Assembly (NCBI GenBank): GCA_965223415.1
Contig: OZ245002.1
Span: 4,224,001-4,288,000, forward strand
Direction: 5' to 3'
Length of the DNA: 64,000 nt
Source: Myxococcota bacterium
GTDB lineage: Bacteria > Myxococcota_A > UBA9160 > UBA6930
Shown in pieces: positions 27,306 to 36,835 of the stretch (its first letter is position 1; each line of letters starts with the position of its first letter). Position numbers and translations under genes: made by a program. The notes under the pieces were generated by a model. The model did not search any database. It saw only the letters and a program-made list of their open reading frames with translations, and had not been told where the DNA came from.

Positions 27306-28568
27306 ATGAGAGGACCTCATCTGTTCGCTCTCGCCTGGCGCAACCTCTGGCGCCACCGGAGGCGCACCCTCCTGACGCTTTCTTCGATCGCATTCGGCAC
27401 GATGTTCGCGTGGATGTTCACCGGGCTCGGCGACGCCAACTGGCGCGAGATGATCGACCTGGCTGCGCGGATGGGCGGCGGCCACGTGACCCTCCAGCAC
27501 GCCGAGTACCTCGAATCGCCGACCCTCTCGCGAAGCGTTCCCCAGGTGGAGCCTCTCCACGCCATCGCCGTCCAGGATCCGGAGGTCGCCCGGGCGGTGA
27601 CGCGCATCTCCGGCAACCTGATCCTGGCCTCCGCGGCCCGAAACCAGGGCGCGGGGTTCATCGCCTTCGACGCCGCGGCGGAGGACATCGGCACCCTCTC
27701 CATCCTCGAGGCGGTCGAGGATGGGCGGCTCTGGACCGGCGAGAACGGCGGGGGCATCGTGCTCGGCGTGAAGCTGGCCGAGCAGCTCCGGGTCGAGGTC
27801 GGTCACAAGGTCGTGTACACGGTCACCGACAAGGACGGGGAGATCGTCCAGGAGGCGGTGCGGGTGTCGGGCCTGCTCGAGACCGGCTCGCCCACCGTCG
27901 ACGGCCGCCTGGCGCTCCTGCCCATCGACGTGATGCGCGCCTCCCTGGGCTACGCCCCCGGCGAGGCCGGGCAGGTGGCGGTGTTCCTCCAGGATCAGCG
28001 GGCGGCGGATCGCGTGGCGGCGCGGCTCGGAAAGCGGATTGCGGCCCACCGGGATGGAGACGTCTCGGCGATTCCCTGGCACGCGCTCCAGCCGGAGCTC
28101 GCCGGGTTCATCGCGATGAAGGTGGGCGGTACCTGGGTGATGGAGGTGATCATCATGCTCTTGGTCGCCGCCGGCATCTTCAACACGATCTTCGTGAGCG
28201 TGATGGAGCGGATGCGGGAGTTCGGCATCCTGCGCGCGATCGGCTGGAGCCCCGGACAGCTCGCGCGGCTGGTGATGGCGGAGAGCGTGTGGCTCGCCGT
28301 GGTCGGCCTGCTGCTGGGTCTGGCGTTGACCGCCTGGCCCTATTGGTACATGCACACGGTCGGCATCGACCTGATGGCCGCGGTCGGCGTGGGCGCCGAC
28401 GCGGAGGTGGCGGGGGTGGCCATGACGAAGCTGATGCGGGTCGACATCTATCCCGAGAACGCGCTGCTGATCGGCGGGGCCGCGGTGCTGGCGACGCTGC
28501 TCTCGGGCATCTACCCGGCCTGGAAGGCGGGCCACGTCGACCCGGCCGAGACGATCCGGTTGGTCTAG
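27306..28568 (+). CDS. ABC transporter permease (LolC/E, FtsX-like)
   Basis: AWRNLWRHRRRT, SVMERMREFGILRAIG. Confidence 0.9.
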   Translation: MRGPHLFALAWRNLWRHRRRTLLTLSSIAFGTMFAWMFTGLGDANWREMIDLAARMGGGHVTLQHAEYLESPTLSRSVPQVEPLHAIAVQDPEVARAVTRISGNLILASAARNQGAGFIAFDAAAEDIGTLSILEAVEDGRLWTGENGGGIVLGVKLAEQLRVEVGHKVVYTVTDKDGEIVQEAVRVSGLLETGSPTVDGRLALLPIDVMRASLGYAPGEAGQVAVFLQDQRAADRVAARLGKRIAAHRDGDVSAIPWHALQPELAGFIAMKVGGTWVMEVIIMLLVAAGIFNTIFVSVMERMREFGILRAIGWSPGQLARLVMAESVWLAVVGLLLGLALTAWPYWYMHTVGIDLMAAVGVGADAEVAGVAMTKLMRVDIYPENALLIGGAAVLATLLSGIYPAWKAGHVDPAETIRLV

Positions 28569-28579
28569 GAGCCAGGAAG

Positions 28580-29275
28580 ATGTCCGATCAAGCCCTCGTC
28601 GAGCTCGACTCCGTGAACAAGGTCTACGAGCAGGGTGCCCTCGAGGTGCGCGCGCTGCGGGATCTCTCCCTCACGATCGAGGCGGGAGAGTTCACGGCGG
28701 TGTGCGGGCCCTCGGGCTCGGGGAAGACCACGCTCCTCAACCTGATCGGCGCCCTCGACCGCCCGACCTCGGGAACGATCCGGATCGAGGGACGGGATCT
28801 CGGCGCCATGAGCCAACGGGAGCGCAGCCACCTGCGCCGGGACCGTATCGGCTTCGTCTTCCAGGCCTACAACCTGATGCCGGTACTGACCGCCTACGAG
28901 AACGCGGAGATGGTGCTCGCCCTCCAGGGCGTCGACAAGGAGGCGCGGCGGGAGCAGGTGATGCGGGTGCTGAAGGACGTCGGTCTCGAGGACCTCGAGC
29001 ACCGCCGGCCCGACGAGCTCTCCGGTGGCCAGCAGCAGCGCGTGGCGATCGCCCGGGCCATTGCCTCGAACCCGGCGGTCGTCCTGGCCGACGAGCCCAC
29101 CGCGAACCTCGACTCCGAGAACGCCGTCCACCTGCTCGACATCATGGAGCAGCTCAACCTGGATCGCGGCGTCACCTTCCTCTTCTCTACCCACGATCCG
29201 CGCGTGATGGAACGGGCCCGCCGCCTGATCCGCGTCGTCGACGGCCAGATCGAAACCGACGAACATCGGAGTTGA
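28580..29275 (+). CDS. ABC transporter ATP-binding protein (LolD-like)
   Basis: GPSGSGKT, LSGGQQQRVAIARA, LADEPT. Confidence 0.93.
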   Translation: MSDQALVELDSVNKVYEQGALEVRALRDLSLTIEAGEFTAVCGPSGSGKTTLLNLIGALDRPTSGTIRIEGRDLGAMSQRERSHLRRDRIGFVFQAYNLMPVLTAYENAEMVLALQGVDKEARREQVMRVLKDVGLEDLEHRRPDELSGGQQQRVAIARAIASNPAVVLADEPTANLDSENAVHLLDIMEQLNLDRGVTFLFSTHDPRVMERARRLIRVVDGQIETDEHRS

Positions 29276-29341
29276 GAAACGGGGCCAGAGTTAAGAATTC
29301 AGTTCTGAAAGAACTGAATTCTTAACTCTGGCCCCGTTTCT
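29275..29341. repeat. Perfect inverted repeat, 32-bp arms with 3-nt loop (REP/REPIN-like, likely also terminator)
   Basis: AGAAACGGGGCCAGAGTTAAGAATTCAGTTCT-GAA-exact reverse complement. Confidence 0.92.
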
Positions 29342-29465
29342 TCATTCTGGGGCAGGGCGCCACGGGTGAGGCGGCGAGGGGCAATGGTGTCGCGCGGAGG
29401 GGCGCGAGCGTGGGTGGTGGGATGGTCCCTTCCTTGCACGGCAGTCGCGCGGAAGGAGGGAGCCG

Positions 29466-30155
29466 ATGCTCTCGAAGTCGCAGGCGCGGTGGTTCTTCGT
29501 GGGGGGGACGATCTTCTTCTCCGCGATCTTCCTGTTCCTCACCGTGGACACCCTACGGGAGATCCCGGCCCGTCAGAACTCGGACGCCCTCACCGAGTCG
29601 GTGGTGCGGGGGAAGCACCTGTGGGATTCCAACAACTGCATGGGCTGCCACACGATCCTGGGGGAGGGCGCCTACTACGCGCCGGAGCTCACCCGGGTCG
29701 TCGAGCGCCGCGGCAAGGAGTGGCTCGCGATCTTCCTGCGCGATCCCGAGGCCATGTTCCCCGGCCAGCGGCGCATGGTGCAGTACGACTTCAGCGACCA
29801 GCAGATCGAGGACGTGATCGCCTTCCTGGAGTGGATCGGCGGCATCGACACCAACGGTTTCCCGCCGGATCCGGACATGGCTCCCGCCAGCGCCCCGATC
29901 GCCGCGGCGGCCTTTACCGCGCCGGCGGCGCCGGAGTACTTCGGCCAGGTCTGCGTCGCCTGTCACGCCGTCTCGGGTAGTGGTGGCACGGTCGGGCCGG
30001 CCCTCGACGGCGTCGGCGGCCGCATGGCCCGTAGCGAGCTCGATCGCTGGCTCGCCGACCCGCAGACGGTGCGCCCGGGCACGGCCATGCCGAACCTGGC
30101 GCTCCCCGATTCCACCCGTGCCGAGCTGGTCGACTGGCTCGTGACCCTCCGTTAG
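29466..30155 (+). CDS. norC: Nitric oxide reductase cytochrome c subunit, diheme
   Basis: N-terminal TM, NNCMGCHTILGEGAYYAPEL, second CVACH...PGTAMP domain; upstream of norB. Confidence 0.88.
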   Translation: MLSKSQARWFFVGGTIFFSAIFLFLTVDTLREIPARQNSDALTESVVRGKHLWDSNNCMGCHTILGEGAYYAPELTRVVERRGKEWLAIFLRDPEAMFPGQRRMVQYDFSDQQIEDVIAFLEWIGGIDTNGFPPDPDMAPASAPIAAAAFTAPAAPEYFGQVCVACHAVSGSGGTVGPALDGVGGRMARSELDRWLADPQTVRPGTAMPNLALPDSTRAELVDWLVTLR

Positions 30156-30170
30156 GCGAAGGAGACGATC

Positions 30171-31502
30171 GTGAAGTACAAGTCCCAGCGCGTGGCCTAC
30201 CTCTTCTTCGCCACTTCGCTCCTGCTCTTCGGCCTGCAGATCGTGTTCGGCTTCATCATGGGCTTCGCCCACATGGGCTACGACGTCCTGCACGAGTGGA
30301 TTCCCTTCAACGCGGCTCGCGCCAGCCATCTCAACCTGCTCGTCGTGTGGCTGCTCTCGGGCTTCATGGGGGCCGCCTACTACATCATCCCCGCCGAGGC
30401 GGAGCGCGAGCTATGGAGCGAGAAGCTCGCGATCGTGCAGTGGGCGGCGCTGGTGATCGTCGGGGTGATCGCCATCGCCGGCTTCCACGTCGGCTGGTGG
30501 GAAGGCCGCAAGTTCCTCGAGATCCCGCGGCCCCTCGACTACCTGGTCGTGGTCGACGTCCTGCTCTTCATCTTCAACATCGGGATGACCGCCTGGAACG
30601 GCAAGCGCTTCACGACCACCGGGATCGTGCTGCTCGTCGGCCTCACGGCGGCGGCGCTCCTCTACCTGCCGGGCATGATCACCTTCGAGAGCCAGGTGCT
30701 CGATTCCTACTTCCGCTGGTGGGTCGTCCACCTGTGGGTGGAAGGCGTCTGGGAGCTGATCATGGGCGGCATCATGGCCTTCCTGCTGATCCAGCTCACC
30801 GGAATCGATCGCGAGGTGATCGAGAAGTGGCTCTACGTGATCGTGGGCTTCACCTTCCTGTCCGGCATCCTCGGCACGGGTCACCACTACTACTACATCG
30901 GCACCCCGGAGTACTGGCTCTGGATCGGAGGGATCTTCTCGGGCCTCGAGCCGCTGGCCTTCCTCGGCATGGCGCTCTACGCCGTGACCATGGCGAGGCG
31001 CGGGGGCATGAACCACCCGAACCGCATCGCGCTGTTCTGGATCGTCGGCTGCGGCGTCATGTCCTTCGTCGGCGCCGGCTTCCTCGGCTTCGCTCACACC
31101 CTGCCCCAGGTAAACCTCTGGACCCACGGCACTATCATCACCGCCATGCACGGCCACATGGCCTTCTGGGGCGCCTACGCGATGCTGGTCTTGGCGATGA
31201 TTGCCTACGCCATGCCCCAGATGACCGGCCGCAAGCTCTACGCCGGCTGGCTGCCGGAGGCGGCCTTCTGGACCAGCAACGTCGGGATGATGGGCATGAC
31301 CGGCGCCTTCGCCGTGGCCGGCATCAGCCAGGTGTACATGGAGCGGCGGATCGGCATGGACTTCCTCGCGGTGCAGGACGCCGTGAGTATTCACTTCGGA
31401 GGCGTGGTGCTGGCGGCCTGTCTGCTCACTGTCGGGATCGCCATGTACGCGTGGAACTTCGCCCAGTACGGCCTGCCGAACGACGAGGCGATCGAACCCT
31501 GA
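30171..31502 (+). CDS. norB: Nitric oxide reductase catalytic subunit (cNOR)
   Basis: MKYKSQ start, WWVVHLWVEGVWE, GTGHHYY, HGHMAFWGAY. Confidence 0.93.
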   Translation: MKYKSQRVAYLFFATSLLLFGLQIVFGFIMGFAHMGYDVLHEWIPFNAARASHLNLLVVWLLSGFMGAAYYIIPAEAERELWSEKLAIVQWAALVIVGVIAIAGFHVGWWEGRKFLEIPRPLDYLVVVDVLLFIFNIGMTAWNGKRFTTTGIVLLVGLTAAALLYLPGMITFESQVLDSYFRWWVVHLWVEGVWELIMGGIMAFLLIQLTGIDREVIEKWLYVIVGFTFLSGILGTGHHYYYIGTPEYWLWIGGIFSGLEPLAFLGMALYAVTMARRGGMNHPNRIALFWIVGCGVMSFVGAGFLGFAHTLPQVNLWTHGTIITAMHGHMAFWGAYAMLVLAMIAYAMPQMTGRKLYAGWLPEAAFWTSNVGMMGMTGAFAVAGISQVYMERRIGMDFLAVQDAVSIHFGGVVLAACLLTVGIAMYAWNFAQYGLPNDEAIEP

Positions 31503-32305
31503 TGGCGGCCGAAGAGCTCCCCAGCCCGGACGCGCTCCTGCCGTACTACCGGGCGGTCGGCGACGAGTGCGCTCTCTTCGAGAAGGCGGCAGCGGAGGGG
31601 CTCCCCCTCCTGCTCAAGGGTCCAACCGGCTGCGGCAAGTCCCGGCTCGTGGAGCACATGGCGGCCCGCCTCGGGCGGCCGCTCGTCACGGTCGCATGCC
31701 ACGACGAGACCAGCGCCGTCGACCTGACCGGCCGCTGGCTCGTCCGCGGCGGCGAGACGCTGTGGCAGGACGGTCCCGTCACCCGCGCCGTGCGGGAGGG
31801 CGCGATCCTGTATCTCGACGAGTTTGCCGAAGCGCGCAGCGACGTGGTCGTCGTGATCCATCCGCTGACGGACCACCGTCGCACCCTCTACGTGGAGCGC
31901 CACGACGAGGTGGTGCAGGCCGCGCCGGGATTCCTGCTCGTGGTGAGCTTCAACCCGGGCTACCAGCGGGGTCTGAAGGAGCTGAAGCCCTCGACCCGGC
32001 AGCGCTTCGTGGCGGTGGCGATGGGCCCGCCGGAGCCGGCGGTGGAGTGCGAGATCCTCGAGGGCGAGACCGGTGCCGAGCCTGCGATCGCGCGGCGGCT
32101 GGTCGCCCTCGGCGCCAAGCTGCGGGAGGTGGAGCCCCTGGGCCTCGCCGAGCTGCCGTCCACCCGTCTCCTGGTGAGCGCGGCACGCCTGATTCAGGCC
32201 GGCGTCCCCCCTCGCGCCGCCTGCAACGCGGCGGTCGTCGAGGCGCTCACCGACGACCCGGAGATCGCCGAGGGACTGCGCGACCTGGTCGCGCTGGCCT
32301 TCTAG
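31502..32305 (+). CDS. norQ: NorQ/CbbQ/NirQ AAA+ ATPase
   Basis: LKGPTGCGKS, YLDEFAEAR, NPGYQ...LKPSTRQRF. Confidence 0.92.
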   Translation: MAAEELPSPDALLPYYRAVGDECALFEKAAAEGLPLLLKGPTGCGKSRLVEHMAARLGRPLVTVACHDETSAVDLTGRWLVRGGETLWQDGPVTRAVREGAILYLDEFAEARSDVVVVIHPLTDHRRTLYVERHDEVVQAAPGFLLVVSFNPGYQRGLKELKPSTRQRFVAVAMGPPEPAVECEILEGETGAEPAIARRLVALGAKLREVEPLGLAELPSTRLLVSAARLIQAGVPPRAACNAAVVEALTDDPEIAEGLRDLVALAF

Positions 32306-32314
32306 AGGCAGCGC

Positions 32315-34189
32315 GTGGACCTGGACTGGGAGGAGGGCGCCTTTCGCGGCCTGCTCTCGCTGCGCCGCCGTTTCGCGAGGCGCGGCGAGGCGGAGGACCC
32401 GTCGGCGGCTCGCCTCGCGGAGCACGAGAACGCCCTCTCCACCCTGGCGCGGCTCGTCGCCGCGGAGCCGGTGCGCGTCCTCGCTGCGCGGGACGCCGGA
32501 GGTGTGCGCGGCCCCGACCTGCTCCTGCCGCCGACGCTCTCGCTCGCGGCGAGCGCCGACGATAATCGGGCCCTCTACCGCCTGCGCACGGCCGTGTCCG
32601 CCGCGATGCGTCGCCTGGCTCGGGACGCGCCGCCGGCTCCGCTTCCCGGCGCGGCGGAGCTGGTATCGCTGCGCCTCGCGCACCGGGCCGTCGCCTGGCT
32701 GGAGGACGAGCTGCCGCGCTTCGGCGAGCTCTGGGAGGCGGCACGTCGTCTGGAGCTCGCGGCGCGGCCCGATCCGGCGACGCTGCGCGGCCGGGCACGG
32801 CTTCTCGAAGAGGCGCGACGCGCGGCCCTGCAGGGCGGGCGGCCGTGGGAGGACCCCGCCCGGCTCCAGGCCCTGGGCCGGAGCCGGGTGCGGGGGGGGC
32901 CGCCCAGCCCGGGCATCCAGCTGATCGGCGAGTGGATCCCCGAGCTGCGCCCGGCCGAGGGGGCCGGCGAAGCGCCCGACGGCACGCCGCCGGAGATCAC
33001 CAGTGAGGCGCCGGCGCCGGCGACCGAGGACCTGCGGCGTGTCGTGATCGATCGCCAGGAGCAGGAGGACGCCGTCCTGCTGCATACCTTCGAGAAGACC
33101 GAGACCCTCGACGAGTACCGCGGCGGCGCCCGGGACAGCGATGGCAGCGACAACCTGGACGAGCACCTGGAGGCCTTGAAGGAGGTCGACCTCGGCGCTC
33201 TCGTAAGGGACGGCACCGACACCCACGCGGCCCTGCGCGCCGACCTACCCCTCGAGCTCGACGTGCCGGACGCCGGGGAAGAGGCCCCGGGTGCCCGCGG
33301 CCTTCCCTACGACGAGTGGGACGTGCGGCGGCGCCGCTACCGGCGAGACTGGTGCACCGTCTATCCCGCGGCCGGCGACGCTCCGACGCCGGAGGGCGAG
33401 GCGTGGGCCCGGGCGGCGCTGCGCCGCCATCGTCGCCTGAAGAAGGAGCTGCTCCGGCGTCTCGAGCGCCACCGCGCCGGCCTGCGTCCCGCGCCGCGCC
33501 AGCAGGACGGCGACGACGTGGACGTGGAAGCGTTGGTGGACCACCTGGCGGCGACCCGCGCCGGACACGGCGACGACCCGCGCTTGTACGTGAAGTCGCG
33601 CCGCCGCCGCCGCGACTTCGCCACCACCGTGCTGCTCGACGTCTCCCTCTCCAGCGACTCCTGGTACGAGGGCCGTCGGGTGCTCGACGTCTCCCGCGAG
33701 GCGGTGCTCCTGCTCGGCGAGGTTGCGGACGAGCTCGGCGACCGCCTGCAGGTGCTGGCCTTTGCCTCGAAGACCCGGAACCGCTGTCACGTCTTCCACC
33801 TGAAGGGCTGGCGCGAAGCGTGGCCGCGGGCGCGCGCCCGCCTGGGCCGCCTCGAGCCCCAGGGCTACACCCGCATCGGCCCGGCCCTTCGCTATGCGAC
33901 GGACACCCTGGCTCGCGAGCCGGCGGAGCGGCGTCTTCTGCTCTTGATCAGCGACGGGAAGCCCACGGACTACGACCGCTACGAGGGCCGCTACGGCGTG
34001 GCCGACGTCCGCCAGGCCCTACGCGAGGCCGAGCGCCGCGAGGTCCATGCCCACGCCCTGGCGGTGGACGCGGTCGCCCGCGACACGCTCCCGCCGATGT
34101 TCGGCCCCGGCGCCTGGCACGTGCTCCCCCATCCCGACGCACTGCCCGAGGCGCTCACCTCCGTCTACGGGCGCCTCACCGGTCGCTGA
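32315..34189 (+). CDS. norD: NorD VWA-domain activation protein
   Basis: YDEWD, LLDVSLSS MIDAS, YTRIGPALR, ISDGKPTDYDRYEGRYG. Confidence 0.9.
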   Translation: MDLDWEEGAFRGLLSLRRRFARRGEAEDPSAARLAEHENALSTLARLVAAEPVRVLAARDAGGVRGPDLLLPPTLSLAASADDNRALYRLRTAVSAAMRRLARDAPPAPLPGAAELVSLRLAHRAVAWLEDELPRFGELWEAARRLELAARPDPATLRGRARLLEEARRAALQGGRPWEDPARLQALGRSRVRGGPPSPGIQLIGEWIPELRPAEGAGEAPDGTPPEITSEAPAPATEDLRRVVIDRQEQEDAVLLHTFEKTETLDEYRGGARDSDGSDNLDEHLEALKEVDLGALVRDGTDTHAALRADLPLELDVPDAGEEAPGARGLPYDEWDVRRRRYRRDWCTVYPAAGDAPTPEGEAWARAALRRHRRLKKELLRRLERHRAGLRPAPRQQDGDDVDVEALVDHLAATRAGHGDDPRLYVKSRRRRRDFATTVLLDVSLSSDSWYEGRRVLDVSREAVLLLGEVADELGDRLQVLAFASKTRNRCHVFHLKGWREAWPRARARLGRLEPQGYTRIGPALRYATDTLAREPAERRLLLLISDGKPTDYDRYEGRYGVADVRQALREAERREVHAHALAVDAVARDTLPPMFGPGAWHVLPHPDALPEALTSVYGRLTGR

Positions 34190-35162
34190 GCAGGATCCGC
34201 TGGACGAGCCGGGAGGGTGGCGTGTAGGCCTGCTCCCGCGCGTCCTTCGGCAGCTTCGGGAGGAGCTCCCGGCGCAGACGCGGCAGCCGATACCAGGGCA
34301 CCTTCGGCAGGAGGTGGTGCTCGAAGTGATAGGGCGTGATGCAGAAGGGGAAGAGCAGATTCATCCCCGGAAAGGTGAGACCGCGAGTGCGCAGACGCAC
34401 GTCGGCGATCTCGGTGTAGCCGCCTCCGTGCTCGAAGCTCGATTTCAGCACGTTCAGGGCCTGGGCGTACTTGAACGAGAGGAAGAGAGTCAGCAGCGTG
34501 AAGACCGGCGCCTCCTGCACCGGGAAGAACAGGATGGCCGCCCAGCCGAAGAGGAAGGCGGCCGCCCGCCAGCCCTCACGCGACGGCCCGATCCGCCCCG
34601 GCTTCGGGCAGCGGTCGTCCAGCTCGGGGAGCCAGAGTCGATAGAGCTCCAGCTCGTAGAAGGGGACCAGGAAGGTCTTGGCGAGCTTGCGCCGCAGGGC
34701 CCGACCCTCCAGCACGTACTTCGCGCAGTTCTGCGGGTCGTCGTCTTCCAGCGGTCGCTGGTGGTGGATCAGGTGGCCCGTCCGCCAGTGGAGGCCGTAG
34801 TCGCGGAGGAAGAGCAGGCACACCGCCCAGCCGGGAAGGTCGTTCAGGAGGTGGCGGAAGCGGGGCGAGCGGCAGAGCAGGAACTGCTGGTGCGAGGCCT
34901 CGTGCACGACCAGGGTGAAGAGCGCGAAGATCGCCGTCCCGAGGAGTGGCGCCGCCACCAGGGGCCCCAGCCAGAGGGGCAGGGCCCGGGCCGCGAGAAA
35001 GATCGGCGGCACCAGCGCCAGCACGAGGGCCAGGCTGCCGAGGTTGATCGCGTTGTGAAGCGCGTGGGACCGCGTGCAGGTGAGTGCCCGCCCGCGGCAG
35101 GTCGCCCGCCCCAAGACGTCGGGTTGCGTGAGGTTCAGCGTTCCGGCCGAGGACGCACTCAC
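34176..35162 (-). CDS. Membrane fatty acid desaturase family protein
   Basis: Three His boxes HEASH, HLIHH, HFEHH; PKVPWYRLP. Confidence 0.85.
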   Translation of the reverse strand: MSASSAGTLNLTQPDVLGRATCRGRALTCTRSHALHNAINLGSLALVLALVPPIFLAARALPLWLGPLVAAPLLGTAIFALFTLVVHEASHQQFLLCRSPRFRHLLNDLPGWAVCLLFLRDYGLHWRTGHLIHHQRPLEDDDPQNCAKYVLEGRALRRKLAKTFLVPFYELELYRLWLPELDDRCPKPGRIGPSREGWRAAAFLFGWAAILFFPVQEAPVFTLLTLFLSFKYAQALNVLKSSFEHGGGYTEIADVRLRTRGLTFPGMNLLFPFCITPYHFEHHLLPKVPWYRLPRLRRELLPKLPKDAREQAYTPPSRLVQRILLSDR

Positions 35163-35215
35163 CGATCGGGAATCTAGCCTGGAGGGCGGGGCTCGTCCGC
35201 GGCTAGAGTGGCCGG

Positions 35216-36769
35216 ATGAAGAGCCGCACCCGCCGTGTTCTGGTCCTCACCTTGTTCGCGGCGTCCCATGCAGCCCCACTCTCCGCAGCCGAGGCGCCCT
35301 TCGAGCTGGTGATTCGCGGCGGTCGGGTCGTCGATCCGGAGTCCGGCCTGGACGCGGTGCGGGACGTCGGCATCCGGGACGGCCGCATCGCGGAGATCTC
35401 CGAGCACCGTCTCGACGCCGACCGGGTGGTCGACGCCACCGCCCACGTGGTCGCCCCGGGCTTCATCGATCTGCACAGTCACTCGCCGACGCCTCTCGGC
35501 CAGCACTACCAGGCCCTGGACGGCGTGACCACGGCCCTCGAGCTGGAGGCCGGCGCCTTCCCGGTCCCGGCCTTCGGCAGCCAGCTCCGGGAGGCGGCGC
35601 GCCTCCACTACGGCGCTTCGGTCGGCTACGGATCGATCCGACTCGAGGTGAAGCAGGGCGTGCGGCGGCCCCACCTGCTCAGCGGCGAGATGGAGCTGCG
35701 CGGCCTGCGCGGGCTCTGGACTGGCGTCCGGTCGCTCTTCGGCGAGCCCCGGGATGTGTTCGCCGAGCCCGCGTCGGCCCGGGAGCGACAGCGCCTGCGC
35801 GCGCTCCTCCACGAGGGCCTGGACCAGGGCGGCCTCGGGATCGGTCTTCCCCTCGACTACATCAGCGAAGCCGTCGACGCCGACGAGCTGCGGATGATCT
35901 TCGAGGTGGCCGCAGCGCGGCGCGTGCCCATCTTCGTTCACATCCGCCGCGGCGTGAACGGCGACCCGGCGGGCCTCCACGAGGTGATCGATCTGGCGCG
36001 CTCGACCGGCGCCGCCGTCCACGTCTGCCACGTGACCCACAACGCCATGCGCGCCATCGACGCGTTCCTCGCCGCGATTCGCGCCGCGCGGGCCGAGGGC
36101 CTCGACGTCACCACCGAGCTGCTGCCCTACGAGGCCGGCTCCGCCCTGATCTCCTCCGCGGTCTTCGGCCGCGACTGGCAGACCATCTTCGACATCACCT
36201 ACGAGGACGTCGAGTGGGCCGAGACCGGCCAGCGTTTCGACCGGGCCCTGTGGGAGGAATACCGTCGGGAGCGGCCCGAAGGGCAGGTGATCCATCACTA
36301 CCTGAAGGAGGAGTGGACCCGGCGGGCGCTTCGCGAGCCCGGTGTGATGGTCGTGAGCGATCTGCTGCCGATGGTCGACGAGGCGAGCAAGGTGGCGCCC
36401 CACAACGGGGCCTTCGCGAAGGTGCTCGGGCGCCATGCCCGCGAAGGCCGCGTGCTGACGATGCAGGACGCCCTGGCACGGATGACGCTCCTGCCCGCCC
36501 GCCGTCTCGAGGGCTTCGCGCCGGTCTTCGCCCGGAAGGGAAGGGTGCAGGTGGGCGCGGACGCGGATCTCACGGTGTTCGATCCGCAGACGGTCGCGGC
36601 CAGGGCGACCTACCGGGACCCGTTCCAGGGCTCGGCGGGGATCGCCTACGTGGTGGTGGCGGGTGAGGTGGTCGTGGCCCACGGGAACGTGGTGGACGGC
36701 GCATCGCCCGGCCGGCTGCTGCTCGCCCGGACGCCTCGCCGTGGGCTTCTGGCCACATCGCGGGAATGA
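35216..36769 (+). CDS. Exported amidohydrolase (D-aminoacylase / D-glutamate deacylase-like)
   Basis: Signal peptide, IRGGRVVDP, PGFIDLHSH, KGRVQVGADADLTVFDP. Confidence 0.85.
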   Translation: MKSRTRRVLVLTLFAASHAAPLSAAEAPFELVIRGGRVVDPESGLDAVRDVGIRDGRIAEISEHRLDADRVVDATAHVVAPGFIDLHSHSPTPLGQHYQALDGVTTALELEAGAFPVPAFGSQLREAARLHYGASVGYGSIRLEVKQGVRRPHLLSGEMELRGLRGLWTGVRSLFGEPRDVFAEPASARERQRLRALLHEGLDQGGLGIGLPLDYISEAVDADELRMIFEVAAARRVPIFVHIRRGVNGDPAGLHEVIDLARSTGAAVHVCHVTHNAMRAIDAFLAAIRAARAEGLDVTTELLPYEAGSALISSAVFGRDWQTIFDITYEDVEWAETGQRFDRALWEEYRRERPEGQVIHHYLKEEWTRRALREPGVMVVSDLLPMVDEASKVAPHNGAFAKVLGRHAREGRVLTMQDALARMTLLPARRLEGFAPVFARKGRVQVGADADLTVFDPQTVAARATYRDPFQGSAGIAYVVVAGEVVVAHGNVVDGASPGRLLLARTPRRGLLATSRE

Positions 36770-36835
36770 CGGCTCTTCAGGCCGACGGGATCCCGGCCGA
36801 TTCGGTAGGGGATCCCCACCCGTCAGGCCCCAAGC

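Noticed and set aside
29342..29465. FNR/DNR box upstream of norC
   Set aside because: No convincing TTGAT-N4-ATCAA match
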